Notes: generated by a model not told the origin, from the letters alone. Shown: positions 19,977-30,700, numbered from the stretch's first letter. The stretch is DNA of 64,000 nt from an uncultured Gemmatimonadaceae bacterium (GCA_963843845.1 CAWJMB010000002.1:2976001-3040000); one strand, 5' to 3'. Translations and numbers: made by a program.

Positions 19977-20441
19977 ATGTCTGCCGCATCCTGCTCTCGC
20001 CGCGAGTGGCTGCTCGCTGCCGCCGCATCGCTCGTCGCGCTGCGCCCTGCCCTGCTCGTCGCCGCGCCGGCGCACGCGATCACGATCTACAAGGATCCGA
20101 ACTGCGGCTGCTGCGCGAAGTGGGTCGACCACATGCGCGCCGCGGGGTTCGCGACGACGGTGCGCGACGAGGCGGACATGAACGCCGTGAAGCGCCGGCT
20201 CGGTGTCCCGGACGCGCTGGCGTCGTGCCATACCGGGCTCGTCGGCGGCTACGTCGTCGAGGGACACGTGCCCGCGGCCGACGTGCTGCGGCTGCTGCGC
20301 GAGCGTCCGCGCGCGAAAGGGGTCGCGGTTCCCGGCATGCCTGCCGGCTCGCCCGGCATGGAGATGGGCGGCCGCGCCGACCGCTACGACGTCGTCGCGT
20401 TCGACGCGAACGGCGCGACGCGCGTGTTCGCGACCCACTGA
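19977..20441 (+). CDS. DUF411/CopG-like exported metal-binding protein
   Basis: Tat-like SRREWL, YKDPNCGCC..W, SCHT, EGHVP and VPGMPAGSPGME. Confidence 0.9.
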   Translation: MSAASCSRREWLLAAAASLVALRPALLVAAPAHAITIYKDPNCGCCAKWVDHMRAAGFATTVRDEADMNAVKRRLGVPDALASCHTGLVGGYVVEGHVPAADVLRLLRERPRAKGVAVPGMPAGSPGMEMGGRADRYDVVAFDANGATRVFATH

Positions 20442-20659
20442 CCAGTCCAGCGCCCCGCGCCGCCGAGCGAGCCCGGATCGGCGCCGCATGTTTCGTTAGG
20501 CATCGGCGAGGCGGGCTTGAGACCCCGCGTCCATGGATGTGGTCACAGCGACCGTGCAATCCGATGGTGCGCAAGGGGTTATGAGACAGGCGCTGCCACG
20601 CCTCGCGGTGTGATTCGGAGCACGATCGACGCAGAGATCGGCCGCGAAAGCCCGCGCGA

Positions 20660-20675
20660 CGGCACACATGCTGCT
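20660..20675 (+). promoter_or_regulatory. Possible sigma-54 promoter for the beta-barrel gene
   Basis: CGGCAC-ACATG-CTGCT has GG-N10-GC spacing and lies about 80 bp upstream of 20752. Confidence 0.4.
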
Positions 20676-20751
20676 TTGTGAGTGGTCACCACGACAGCGA
20701 CTCCTGTCGTGATTCACTCGAAGTATTCGACCACGACGCATAGGAGCAGCA

Positions 20752-21621
20752 GTGATGACTCTCAAGTTCACGACGACCCGGGCGATCGGCGCCGCCATCG
20801 CCCTGACGCTCGGGAGCGTGGCCTCGGTCGCCGCGCAGACCCCGGTTCGCAAGGATGTGCCGCGCCAGCCGGCTCCGACCCCTGCCCCGACGCCGATGCC
20901 CGAGCCGGCTCCGGCTCCGGTCCAGGCGCCGACCCCGATCCCGATGCCGGACACGGTGGTCCAGACCACCACGACGACCGAAGTCAGCACGGGCGAGGCG
21001 ATGCCGATGGATCGTGGCACGCGCTTCGGCAACGGCTTCTACGTCGGCCTCGCAGGACAGGCCGCGTTCCCGCAGAACCGCCTGAACGACTTCTATCGCA
21101 CCGGCTACGGCGCGGAAGGGCACATCGGCTGGGATCCGGCCAACAGCCCGCTCGGCCTGCGCCTCAACCTCGGCTACACGCAGTTGAACGCGGACACGCG
21201 GCGCGGCGCGACGCTGCCGACGGGTGGGGTCAACTCGTACCGTGACCCGCAGATCTATCAGGGCACGCTCGACGCGAAGCTCCGCCTGCCGTTCGGCCGT
21301 CTGCTGGGCGCGACGAGCGGCCTCTACGCGGTCGGCGGCGGCGGCGTTCACTACTTCCGCAACTACGCCAACACGCTCGGCCAGACCACGAACGTCGGCA
21401 CGGTCGGCGGGAACGGACAGGGAAGCACGGGCGGCAACGTGACGAACACGTTCAACAGCGAGGACAAGACCCGCTTCGGCGCGAACGTCGGCGGCGGTCT
21501 CTCGTTCGGCATCGCCGGCGCGTCGCTGTTCGCCGAGACGCGCTACGTCCGCGTGTTCACGCCGAACACCGACATCGACTACCTGCCGGTGACGCTCGGC
21601 CTGACGTTCAACTGGCGCTGA
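20752..21621 (+). CDS. Outer-membrane beta-barrel protein (OmpA/OmpW-like 8-strand type) with Pro-rich N-terminal linker
   Basis: Signal peptide, PAPTP linker, alternating strands, C-terminal LFAETRY...LPVTLGLTFNWR; AGGAG RBS. Confidence 0.8.
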   Translation: MMTLKFTTTRAIGAAIALTLGSVASVAAQTPVRKDVPRQPAPTPAPTPMPEPAPAPVQAPTPIPMPDTVVQTTTTTEVSTGEAMPMDRGTRFGNGFYVGLAGQAAFPQNRLNDFYRTGYGAEGHIGWDPANSPLGLRLNLGYTQLNADTRRGATLPTGGVNSYRDPQIYQGTLDAKLRLPFGRLLGATSGLYAVGGGGVHYFRNYANTLGQTTNVGTVGGNGQGSTGGNVTNTFNSEDKTRFGANVGGGLSFGIAGASLFAETRYVRVFTPNTDIDYLPVTLGLTFNWR

Positions 21622-21659
21622 GCCGGACGCAGGACCCCGCACCCGTCGAGGTGTGGGAG

Positions 21660-21693
21660 AACGGGCGGTCCGGCTATGTCCGGACCGCCCGTT
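21660..21693 (+). terminator. Intrinsic terminator-like hairpin
   Basis: AACGGGCGGTCCGG-CTATGT-CCGGACCGCCCGTT, a perfect 14-bp stem 40 bp after the stop codon. Confidence 0.7.
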
Positions 21694-21771
21694 TGGCTTC
21701 ATGATTGCAATACACAGCTACACACTTGTTTCGCCACCGCGCCCGCAGAGGCGCTGCCGCCCATAGAACCG

Positions 21772-22581
21772 ATGCGCACCTCACTTCTCCTCATCGCAGC
21801 CGCCGGCGTCCCGACGCTGCTCGCAGCGCAGGCGACGGCTCCGGCCAACATGGTCGCCAGCCGGTTCGAGCTCGACACGGCGTTCGCCGTCTCGTCGCCC
21901 GCCGCCCCGACAGCCGCACGAGTCTTCCGCTCGGCGAAGGACAGCCTGATCTACGAGGGTGCACGCCTCGCCGCCGAGTCGGCGCGCGAGTTCCGCGTCG
22001 TCGTCTCGATGTTCGACCGTGAGCTCTACGTGCTCGACGGAGCCGACACGCTGCTCGTCGCGCCCGTGGCCGTCGCGGTCGACACGTCGCTGAGCTTCAA
22101 TGGGAAGACCTGGCGCTTCGAGACGCCGCGCGGGAAGCGCAAGGTGCTTTCGAAAGAGGCGTCGCCGGTGTGGACTCCGCCCGAGTGGCACTACGCCGAA
22201 GTGGCGGCGCGGCAGGGGCTGAAGCTCGGACACCTGCAGCGCAATCGGGCGGTCGCGCTCTCCGACGGCCGCAAGCTCGTGGTGCGCGACAACCGGGTCG
22301 GGACGCTCGACGGCGCGACGTTCACGGCGCTGCCGACCGACGAGGAGATCATCTTCGAGGGCACGGTCTACGTCCCGCCGAGCGGCACGCTGAATCGCCG
22401 CATCGAAGGAGAGCTCGGCAAGTACAAGCTGAACATGGGCGAAGGCTTCCTGCTCCACGGCACGCCGCACACGGCGTCGATCGGCACGGCGGCGACGCAC
22501 GGCTGCGTGCGGCTGCTCGATGAGGACATCGAGTGGCTGTTCGACCAGGTCCCGGTCGGGACGCCGGTCTACATCTACTGA
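21772..22581 (+). CDS. L,D-transpeptidase (YkuD family)
   Basis: Signal peptide, PVWTPP, catalytic LHGT...IGTAATHGCVRL, and VPVGTPVYIY. Confidence 0.9.
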   Translation: MRTSLLLIAAAGVPTLLAAQATAPANMVASRFELDTAFAVSSPAAPTAARVFRSAKDSLIYEGARLAAESAREFRVVVSMFDRELYVLDGADTLLVAPVAVAVDTSLSFNGKTWRFETPRGKRKVLSKEASPVWTPPEWHYAEVAARQGLKLGHLQRNRAVALSDGRKLVVRDNRVGTLDGATFTALPTDEEIIFEGTVYVPPSGTLNRRIEGELGKYKLNMGEGFLLHGTPHTASIGTAATHGCVRLLDEDIEWLFDQVPVGTPVYIY

Positions 22582-22620
22582 CCCGGTCCTGCGGCTCGTG
22601 TGCCGCGGATGCAGATTGAA

Positions 22621-22649
22621 CGGCGCGGCGAGAGACTCTCGCCGCGCCG
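22621..22649 (+). terminator. Hairpin, probable terminator
   Basis: CGGCGCGGCGAGA-GAC-TCTCGCCGCGCCG, a 13-bp stem 40 bp after the stop codon; the U-tract is weak. Confidence 0.55.
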
Positions 22650-22677
22650 CTGTCATTTCCCCCTGTTCCTCAGTGCC

Positions 22678-22992
22678 ATGGGAGCCTCAGCTGGTGCCAT
22701 CGTCGCGATGGCCGCGGCCCGCGCCGAGCGTGAGATCGTCGAGTACTTCCGCGACGCGGGTGCCATCGCGCCCGGCCGAACCGTTCCGCTCCCCGAGCCT
22801 GAGCGCTTCGTCGGCCGGAGCCGGCTCGAGCGGCTGATCGCGGCGGACGTCGTGCGCCAGGGCGCTGGCGGCTACTGGTTCGACGAGTCGATGTACGAGG
22901 GCTATCGCAGTGACAAGCGAACGATCGTGCTCGTGGTCGTCGGCATCGTCATCGCGACCGCGCTCGGCGTCGCCATGGCGGCGAGCGCCTGA
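22678..22992 (+). CDS. Hypothetical protein with C-terminal TM anchor
   Basis: GC-biased codon usage and a C-terminal hydrophobic helix IVLVVVGIVIATALGVAMA. Confidence 0.55.
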   Translation: MGASAGAIVAMAAARAEREIVEYFRDAGAIAPGRTVPLPEPERFVGRSRLERLIAADVVRQGAGGYWFDESMYEGYRSDKRTIVLVVVGIVIATALGVAMAASA

Positions 22993-23035
22993 GGCGCGGC
23001 GCCCGACTCGAGGGCAATCGCATCCCGGCGGGCCC

Positions 23036-25627
23036 TCATCCCCGCCGCTTCGCTCGCGCGGTAGGCGTCGCGGCCGCCGGGTCGTCGGGCCACTCGTGCT
23101 TCGGGTACCGCCCGCGTAGCTCGCGTCGCACGTCGGCATAGCTGCCACGCCAGAAGCCGGCGAGGTCGCCGGTGACCTGTACGGGTCGGTGCGCCGGCGA
23201 GAGGAGATGCAGCGTCAGCGGCACGCGCCCCGCGCCGACCGCCGGCGTGCTCGACGCGCCGAACATCTCCTGCAGGCGCACGGCGAGAACGGGCGCGCCC
23301 GGGTTCGCGTAGTCGACGCGAATGCGCGAGCCGCTCGGTACGACCACGTGTGTCGGTGCGAGCGCGTCGAGCGCTGCGCGCTGCGGCCACGTGAGGCGCG
23401 ACAGCAGCGCGTCGACGAGCGGGAGCTGCGCGAGCTGCGCGCGCCGCCGGAGCCCGGCGAGGTGCGGCGCGAGCCAGTCCTGGAGCGTCGCGAGCAGCGC
23501 CTCGTCGGAGACGTCGGGCCAGTCGTTCGGAGAGAGCGCGTGCGCGAAGCGCAGTCGATCGCGTAGCTCGCTCGCCGCGGCGCTCCACGGAAGGACGCGC
23601 AGCCCCTCGTCGCGAACGACGTCGAGCATCACCGCGACGACGGCATCCGGATCGGGGGCCGGGTCAGGACGGTCGCGCACGACGATCGCGCCGATGTGCT
23701 CGACGACGCCCGCACGCACGGCCTCCGACTCGCGATCCCAGCGCAGTTCGGCCGTCGTCTCGATCGACGCGGCGCCGGCATCGAGCAGTGCATCGAGAGT
23801 GACGGGCGCCGCGAGCAGAATACGGCTTTCCTGGTCCGTCCCGCCGAGTTGCGCGACGGCGAGATATGACGAGCCGGCGAGCGAGCCGGCGGACGCGAGC
23901 GCTGCGCCGCGTCCGCTGCGGAGCAGGTAACGATCGCCGGCACCAGCGCGGCGCTGCGCGATACGGTCCGGGTAGGCGAACGCGACGAGCACACCGACCA
24001 CCTCGTCGTCCGGCACCGCGGCCGCGTCGACGCGGGCGCGCTCACGACGTGGCACGATCGGTCGGAGCTGGCGCCAGAGCTGGCGCGCCTCCTCCCGAAC
24101 GCGCTGCACTACCTCGTGGTCGATCGCGTACGACGCGGGGAGCGCGTCGCCCTCCGACGCGCGGCGGACGAGGTCGAGTCTCGGCCGAACGTCGCCGCCG
24201 AATGCGACGGTGCCGAACGGACCGCCCCGCGGCGCCCCGCCGGACGACCGCACGACGTCGCGTTCACTCAACAGCGCAGCGAGCGTGCACGCCGGCTCGC
24301 CGGCGCCGAGCGCGTGGCCGCGCAGTACCATGTGAGCGAGCCGCGGGTGCAGCGGGAGCGCCGCCATCGCCTCGCCGTGCGGTGTCACCCGACCGGTGGC
24401 CGCGCTCAGCGCACCCAACGACGTGAGCAGCGCGCGCGCCTGTCGAAACGCGGCGTCGGGCGGCAGGTCGAGCCACGCCAGCTCCCGCGGCTCGACGACG
24501 CCGGCCGCCGCGAGGTCCAGCGCGAGCGGCGCGAGGTCGGCGTCGCGGATCTCGGGCGCGGTGTGCGCGGCGAGCTGTGCGTCCTCGGCCTCGCTCCACA
24601 ATCGATAGCACACGCCCGGCGCGACGCGCCCCGCGCGGCCGCGCCGCTGTGCAGCGGACGCTCGAGAGATGGGCGCGGTCGCGAGCCGGGTCATCCCGGT
24701 ACGTGGCGAGAAGCGCGGCACGCGCGCGAGCCCGCTGTCCACCACGACTCGCACGCCGTCGATCGTCAGGCTCGTTTCGGCGATGTTCGTCGAGAGGACG
24801 ACTTTGCGACGCCCGGGGGGTGACGAGGCGATCGCCGCGTCCTGCGCGTCCTGCGCGAGCATGCCGAACAGCGGGAGCACGCTGGTGTCGCGTGGCAGCG
24901 CGCCGTCGAGCAGCCGCGCGACGCGGTGGATCTCCGGCGCACCGGGAAGAAAGACGAGCACGTCGCCGTCATGCGCCTGCGCCGCCTCGCGCACCGTCGC
25001 CGCGACCGCGCGCTCGAACGCGCCGTGCCCGTCGTCGGGGCGGCGCTCGCGCCACCGCACCTCGACCGGCCAGCTCCGCCCCTCGCTCGTCACGATCGGC
25101 ACTGCGGTACCGAGCAGTGCGGCGACGCGCGCTCCGTCGAGCGTCGCGGACATGACGACGATGCGCAGCTCGGGGCGCAGCACCGTCTGCGTCTGCAGCG
25201 CGAGCGCGAGACCGAGGTCGGCGTGGACGCTCCGCTCGTGGAACTCGTCGAAGAGCACCGCGCCGACCCCGTCGAGCGACGGATCGCGCTGCACGAGGCG
25301 CGTGAGGATCCCTTCCGTGACGACTTCGATCCGGGTCCGCGGTCCGACGCGCGTGTCGAGTCGCGTGCGGTACCCGACCGTCTCGCCGACCGTCTCGCGG
25401 AGCGAGCGCGCCATGAACGTCGCCGCCGCGCGGGCCGCGAGGCGCCGCGGCTCGAGCACGATGATCCGTCCGCCGTCGAGCCACGGCTCGTCGAGCAAGG
25501 CGAGCGGCACGCGCGTCGTCTTCCCCGCCCCCGGCGGCGCTTGCAGCACGACGGACGACTGCCCGCGCAGCGCATCGCGCAACGCGGGCAGTACGTCGTC
25601 GATCGGCAGTGCGAGGGGTCGCGTCAG
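23036..25627 (-). CDS. hrpB: ATP-dependent RNA helicase HrpB (start uncertain: CTG 25627 or TTG 25582)
   Basis: APPGAGKTT, EPRRLAA, DEFHER, MSAT, TNIAETSLTIDG, QRRGRAGR and C-terminal LAVRLQEMFG...RGRYPKHEWP. Confidence 0.95.
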   Translation of the reverse strand: MTRPLALPIDDVLPALRDALRGQSSVVLQAPPGAGKTTRVPLALLDEPWLDGGRIIVLEPRRLAARAAATFMARSLRETVGETVGYRTRLDTRVGPRTRIEVVTEGILTRLVQRDPSLDGVGAVLFDEFHERSVHADLGLALALQTQTVLRPELRIVVMSATLDGARVAALLGTAVPIVTSEGRSWPVEVRWRERRPDDGHGAFERAVAATVREAAQAHDGDVLVFLPGAPEIHRVARLLDGALPRDTSVLPLFGMLAQDAQDAAIASSPPGRRKVVLSTNIAETSLTIDGVRVVVDSGLARVPRFSPRTGMTRLATAPISRASAAQRRGRAGRVAPGVCYRLWSEAEDAQLAAHTAPEIRDADLAPLALDLAAAGVVEPRELAWLDLPPDAAFRQARALLTSLGALSAATGRVTPHGEAMAALPLHPRLAHMVLRGHALGAGEPACTLAALLSERDVVRSSGGAPRGGPFGTVAFGGDVRPRLDLVRRASEGDALPASYAIDHEVVQRVREEARQLWRQLRPIVPRRERARVDAAAVPDDEVVGVLVAFAYPDRIAQRRAGAGDRYLLRSGRGAALASAGSLAGSSYLAVAQLGGTDQESRILLAAPVTLDALLDAGAASIETTAELRWDRESEAVRAGVVEHIGAIVVRDRPDPAPDPDAVVAVMLDVVRDEGLRVLPWSAAASELRDRLRFAHALSPNDWPDVSDEALLATLQDWLAPHLAGLRRRAQLAQLPLVDALLSRLTWPQRAALDALAPTHVVVPSGSRIRVDYANPGAPVLAVRLQEMFGASSTPAVGAGRVPLTLHLLSPAHRPVQVTGDLAGFWRGSYADVRRELRGRYPKHEWPDDPAAATPTARAKRRG

Positions 25628-26160
25628 GCCGAGGCCGAGGCTCCCGACGCGTCGAACGGCACGACCGGATCGATCGTCGACATCGTCGGCTCACTCGGCG
25701 GTGCGGGAGGCGCGGGCGGCGCGGGCGGCGCGGGCGGCGCGGGCGGCGCGGGCGGCGCGGGCGGCGCGGGCGGCGCGGGCGGCGCGGGAGGCACGGGCGG
25801 CGTGCCACCGCTGCGTCGGTCGCGCCACCATGTGTAGAGCCAGCGCGCGACGATCGCCACCAGCGCGATCGGCAGCACGATCTTGAGCGCGGCGAAGGCG
25901 AAGCCGATCACCGTGCCGACGACGGCCATGAGCGCGCTCACGAGGCCGACGACGAGGAGCAGCGGCAGGCCGATCACGGCGAGCACGAGCAGCAGCGGGA
26001 GCCCGACGATCGCGAGGACGATCAGCAGTGGAATGCCGACGACCTTGAGCACGCCGGCGAGCGGGAGCGCGAGGACGAGCAGCACGCTCATCAACCCCCC
26101 GACACTGCGGCCGAGGACCCACTTGAGCAGAAGCGCCTTCGCCGCGAGCCACATCGTCAC
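25624..26160 (-). CDS. Hydrophobic membrane protein with poly-(PPA) tail
   Basis: About 110 nearly uninterrupted hydrophobic residues followed by (PPA)x10; GGAG upstream of the start. Confidence 0.7.
   Translation of the reverse strand: MTMWLAAKALLLKWVLGRSVGGLMSVLLVLALPLAGVLKVVGIPLLIVLAIVGLPLLLVLAVIGLPLLLVVGLVSALMAVVGTVIGFAFAALKIVLPIALVAIVARWLYTWWRDRRSGGTPPVPPAPPAPPAPPAPPAPPAPPAPPAPPAPPAPPSEPTMSTIDPVVPFDASGASASA
25697..25801. repeat. 9-bp tandem repeat (GGCGCGGGC)n encoding PPA
   Basis: About 10-11 near-identical 9-bp units, in frame in the 25624-26160 ORF. Confidence 0.9.
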
Positions 26161-26282
26161 ATTCTCCGAGAAGATTCTCCAGCTCGCCTACGTAGTCGGT
26201 GCGCTCATGTTTCAGTCGGCGCGCCGTCGTACTGCCGCCGCGACCGACCCGCCGTTCGATTTCCCCCGAACCTCTCCGTTCC

Positions 26283-26723
26283 ATGGCCGACGAGCGCTCA
26301 CAGAGCTACGCCACCCACCGCCGGTGGAACCCCCTCTATCACTTCGTCGTCACGCCGCTGCTGCTCGCGAACGTCGTGATCGCAGCGCTCGCGCTCTCGC
26401 GCTCGCCGTCGTTCGCGACGACGTGGGCGCTCGTCATGGCGGTCGCGCTCTTCCTGGTCGCCGGCGCGGCACGGTTGATGTCGCTGCGCGTGCAGGACCG
26501 AGTGATCCGCCTCGAGATGCGGCTCCGTCTGGCGCAGCTGCTGCCGCCCCCCCTCCTCGCGCGCGTCGGCCAGCTCCGCACGCGGGAGCTGCTCGCACTC
26601 CGCTTCGCCTCCGACGCGGAGCTGCCGGCCCTCGTCGAGCGCGTGCTGAGCGGCGAGCTGTCGACCCCGAACGCGATCAAGCGCGAGGTGCGCGAGTGGC
26701 AGGGCGACTGGCTTCGCGCCTGA
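26283..26723 (+). CDS. DUF6526-like membrane protein
   Basis: QSYATHRRWNPLYHF, VQDRVIRLEMRLR, LRFASDAEL and IKREVREWQGDWLRA. Confidence 0.75.
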   Translation: MADERSQSYATHRRWNPLYHFVVTPLLLANVVIAALALSRSPSFATTWALVMAVALFLVAGAARLMSLRVQDRVIRLEMRLRLAQLLPPPLLARVGQLRTRELLALRFASDAELPALVERVLSGELSTPNAIKREVREWQGDWLRA

Positions 26724-26741
26724 CGCCCTGCCGCGCGTCGA

Positions 26742-27113
26742 TCACCGGCCGCGTACGCGGTCCCACGCGTCCCGCGCGGCGTCCTTCACCTCCGCCCACG
26801 CCGACGTCGACGTGCCGCGCGCGGAGTCCCAGCCCCGTTCGAGGTCGGACTGCGCGTCGTCCCACGACCGGTTGGCGTGCTGGTGCGCGGACTCGGTGCC
26901 GTAGCGGTACGCCGGCGCGTAGTAGTCGTAGCTGCGGTCGGCCTGGACGTACGGGCGGCTCGCGTACTGCGTCCGCCAGTGTTCGTCGTCGGTCGCCTGC
27001 CACCCGCTCGTACCGAACGCGGTGTCGTGCAGGCTGCCGGTCGTGCCGGTGTTGATGCCGCTGTTGCCACTCGGCAGGTTGTCAAAGACGAGATTCCTTC
27101 CGACTTCGGCCAT
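26742..27113 (-). CDS. Small hydrophilic hypothetical protein
   Basis: HWRTQYASRPY...YAPAYRYG...W...LERGW...WAEVKDAARDAWDR; strong GAGGAGG RBS. Confidence 0.75.
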   Translation of the reverse strand: MAEVGRNLVFDNLPSGNSGINTGTTGSLHDTAFGTSGWQATDDEHWRTQYASRPYVQADRSYDYYAPAYRYGTESAHQHANRSWDDAQSDLERGWDSARGTSTSAWAEVKDAARDAWDRVRGR

Positions 27114-27168
27114 GTGGCCCTCCTCGATGATTCGTCGTTGGCGCCGTGCGTCGAATGTCGCATCGAGG

Positions 27169-27183
27169 GCAAAGCGCGGGCCT
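27169..27183 (-). promoter_or_regulatory. Possible sigma-54 promoter
   Basis: Minus strand AGGCCC-GCGCT-TTGC (GG-N10-GC), about 55 bp upstream of 27113. Confidence 0.5.
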
Positions 27184-27266
27184 CGTTTTCTTTACGACGC
27201 GGCATTTCCGGCGTCCACCGTCGTACGCTGTATCCGTCGACACTCTGCCTTCCCGCCCGGTCCGCC

Positions 27267-27641
<375 letters not shown>

Positions 27642-27667
27642 CTCGGCGCACGACGACGCCTACCGCG

Positions 27668-28964
27668 TCAGACGGACACGCCGCGGTACGTGGGGACGTA
27701 GTCGGGAAACACCACGCTCACGTTCGTGTTGCCGAGTCGCTTCGCGACGATCTCGGCGAGAATGTCGCGGTGGTCGAGCGTGACTCTGAGATCCTGACCC
27801 GATTCGAGGTTCTCGCGCGCGAGGCCGGGCCAGTTGTTCGTGACGACCTTCCCGCCCGCGATTCCCGGCCCCATCACGAACATCGCCGAGGCGCGCCCGT
27901 GATCGGTGCCGGCGCTCGCGTTCTCGCGCACGTTGCGGCCGAACTCCGAGAGCGCGACGAGCGTCACGTTCGCCGACGCGCCGCCGGGCGCCATGACGTC
28001 CGCCCAGAACGCGCCCAACGAATTCGAGAAGTCGCGCATCGTGTTGAACATCGAGCCGCCGTTCGGGTCCTGCTGCTGGTGCGTGTCCCAGCCGCCGACG
28101 TCGATCTGCACCGCCTCGATCCCGACGTCCGCCTTGATGAGCGCCGCGGCGGAGCGCAGGCTCCGGCTGAATCCCGACGTCGTGTACGTCGCGCCGGTCG
28201 TCGGCCGGTACGTCGCGACGCTGATGGTCTTCAGCAGCGCGAGCGTGTTCGACGCGTCGAGCGCCGCCGAGCGGACCGGGTCGAGCGTGAGCGAGTAGTC
28301 GCCCTTGAGCCATTCACCGCGCTGGACCGCCGTCGCCGCCTGGCCGGAGAGGCCGTACGTCGACGGGTCGGCGATCGGCAGCGTCTTCGGCGCGCCGTAG
28401 AGCGAGCGCTGCAGGCCGTCGGCGAGGCCCAGCGCGCGGAGCGGCGCGTCGGTGCGCGTCGGCGGCGTCGTCGCGAGGTGCCGCCCGAGCCAGCCGGTGA
28501 TCAGATTCACGTCGTTCGCCTTGCCGACCTCGATGAACCGCTGCATGTCGAAGTGCGAGCGGTTCGCCGACCGTGACGCCCGTGCCGTGCACGACGGCGA
28601 GCTGTTTCGCAGTGTAGGCCGGAAGCAGCCCGGCCATGGCCGGGGGCAGCCCGAAGTAGTCGGTGAGTGCGGTGACCTTGCTCGTCACGCCGCTGGCGTC
28701 GGGGCGCGCGACGGCGATCGTCGGACGCGACGTGTAGTAGTTGTTGTCGCCGTACGGCACGACGAGCGACAGCCCGTCCGCGCCGCCACGCATGAACACG
28801 CTCACGATCACGTCGCGCGCGCTCGCGTAGCTCTCGGCCAGCACGACGCGCGGAAGCCACGAGGGGAACGCCGCCGCGGCGAACGCGGCACCGGCGCCGG
28901 CGACGAAGTGGCGGCGCGAGAGCTCGTTGTACTCGCGGCAGCCGAAGTCCTGTTCGTCATGCAT
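27668..28964 (-). CDS. DUF1501 family protein (Tat-like signal; frameshift near 28570)
   Basis: LSRRHFV, FMRGGADGLSLVVPY, GGWDTH, SEFGRNVREN..GTDHG and WPGL. Confidence 0.88.
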
Positions 28965-28967
28965 GGC

Positions 28968-30539
28968 TCAGTACCACTGGAAGCTGGAGGAGGCCATCGC
29001 GAGCGCCATCGCTCTCGCGGATGCGGGTCGCGCTCGTCGGCGTGGTTCTGAGATACGCGACCAGCTCGGCGCGTGTGCGGTCGCTCATCTCGCCGCCGAA
29101 CACCCGCTTGCCGATCGCGTTCGCGACCGCCTCGGCGGTGCCTAACGCCTGACAGGGTGGCCACCTCGACGACGACCTCGCCCGCGGCGTAGTTCGAGAC
29201 TGCGGTCGACGCGTTCCACCGCGGCAGGAGGTTGCCGGCCCAGTACTCCACCTGGTCCGGGTAGCCGTCCGGGGTCTCCCAGGTGAACTGCGTGTGCCCC
29301 AACGAACTCAGCAGCCGGTTCGGCGCCGCGAGCCCCGTGACCGTCGGATTCGCCGCGCGAAGGGCCGAGACGAGCCAGTGGAACGGGCGCTTGAACTTCG
29401 CCGGCGCCTGCTGCATGTGGTCGAAGCTCAGCGATCGCGCGCAACATCGACTTGATGTCGCCGCCCGTCGTCGTGTAGACCGCCGAGACGGCGTCGACCA
29501 TCGCCTTCGATGGTTCGTACCAGAGGAACCATCGGAGCATCTTCGTGGCGATGAACTTCGCGGTGTCCGGATGCTTCACGAGCATGTCGAGCACCTGCTC
29601 GCCCTCGGTCACGCCCTGCGGGTTCGTCTGGTTCAGTGCGTTCATCGCGGGGAAGGCGGTGCCGAGGAACGTCTTCGCCGTGAAGTCGTGCAGCGACGGC
29701 GAGAAGGCGAAGTCGCCGCGCCCCGCCACCGTCCACCCCGTGAGGATGCGCGACAGCTCGGCGACGTCCTGCTGCGTGTACGCTCCCTCCACGCCGAGGG
29801 TGTGCAGCTCCATGATCTCGCGCGCGTAGTTCTGGTTCGGCGACTGGCGGCGGCTCGTGAACTGATCGAGGTAGACGAGCATCGCGGCGCTGTGCGCGCT
29901 CGCCTTCAGCAGCTGCGGGAACGTCGTCATCGCGTACTTGCGGATGACCTCCCGATCGTCGAGCACCTTCAGGTAGCCGGCCTTCGACATCGCGATGTTG
30001 AAGTGGTCGCTCCAGAACTCGACGACGCGCTGGTAGAGCTGGCGCTTGGAGAACGCCGCGCGGTAGAGCGTCGCCTCCTGCAACTGCGTCTGGAGCTGGC
30101 CGGCGTCCATCGCGTAGATGTCCACACCGGTCAACGCGAGGTTCGGCCACTTCGTCCTCACGAAGGTCTCGACCGCCGTGTCGTCGATCGCCTCGTGATT
30201 CAGGTGGTAGTTCAGGTACCCCGAGTAGCCGAGCGCGCGGGCTCGCTGCGCCTCTTCCGCCGTGAGACCGAGCGTCACGCGGCGCGCGAGGCGGAGCGAC
30301 CAGTTCTCCCACTCCTCGGTCGGGTCGAGCTGCCACGGCATCTGCACGGCGTTGACGCCGGCGAACTTGCGCGGGAGCTGCGCGCGGAGCCGCTTCGGGG
30401 GCTGGGCGCTCGGGGCGCGCGGGGCGAGCTGCGCGTCGGCGGTGACCGGGGTCGCGCCGGCGACGGCCGCGATGCCGGCGGCGGCGAGAGGGGCACGACG
30501 GAGAAACTCCCGGCGGGACGACGCGTGCGTCTGGCTCAT
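28968..30539 (-). CDS. DUF1800 family protein (Tat-like signal; frameshifts near 29430 and 29150)
   Basis: SRREFL, FWSDHFN, AMLVYLD, NQNYAREIMELHTLG, YTQQDV..LTGW, HPDTAKFIATK and KFKRPF. Confidence 0.88.
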
Positions 30540-30700
30540 GGCACAGCCTTGGAGCGGGGTGACATCGACGGCGGGACCGCGACTGGATCGTAGGAGTGAC
30601 GACGCAGCCTCAGCAGTGTTAACAGAATGCGGATCGATTCCCGCTCGATCCAGGGTGCGGGCCACAAAATCTTCTCGCGCTGCCGCGCCGCCGGGTGGGT

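Noticed and set aside
25697..25801. Tandem repeats here and at 37321-37395 as CRISPR arrays
   Set aside because: No spacers, the units are in-frame coding repeats, and there are no cas genes.
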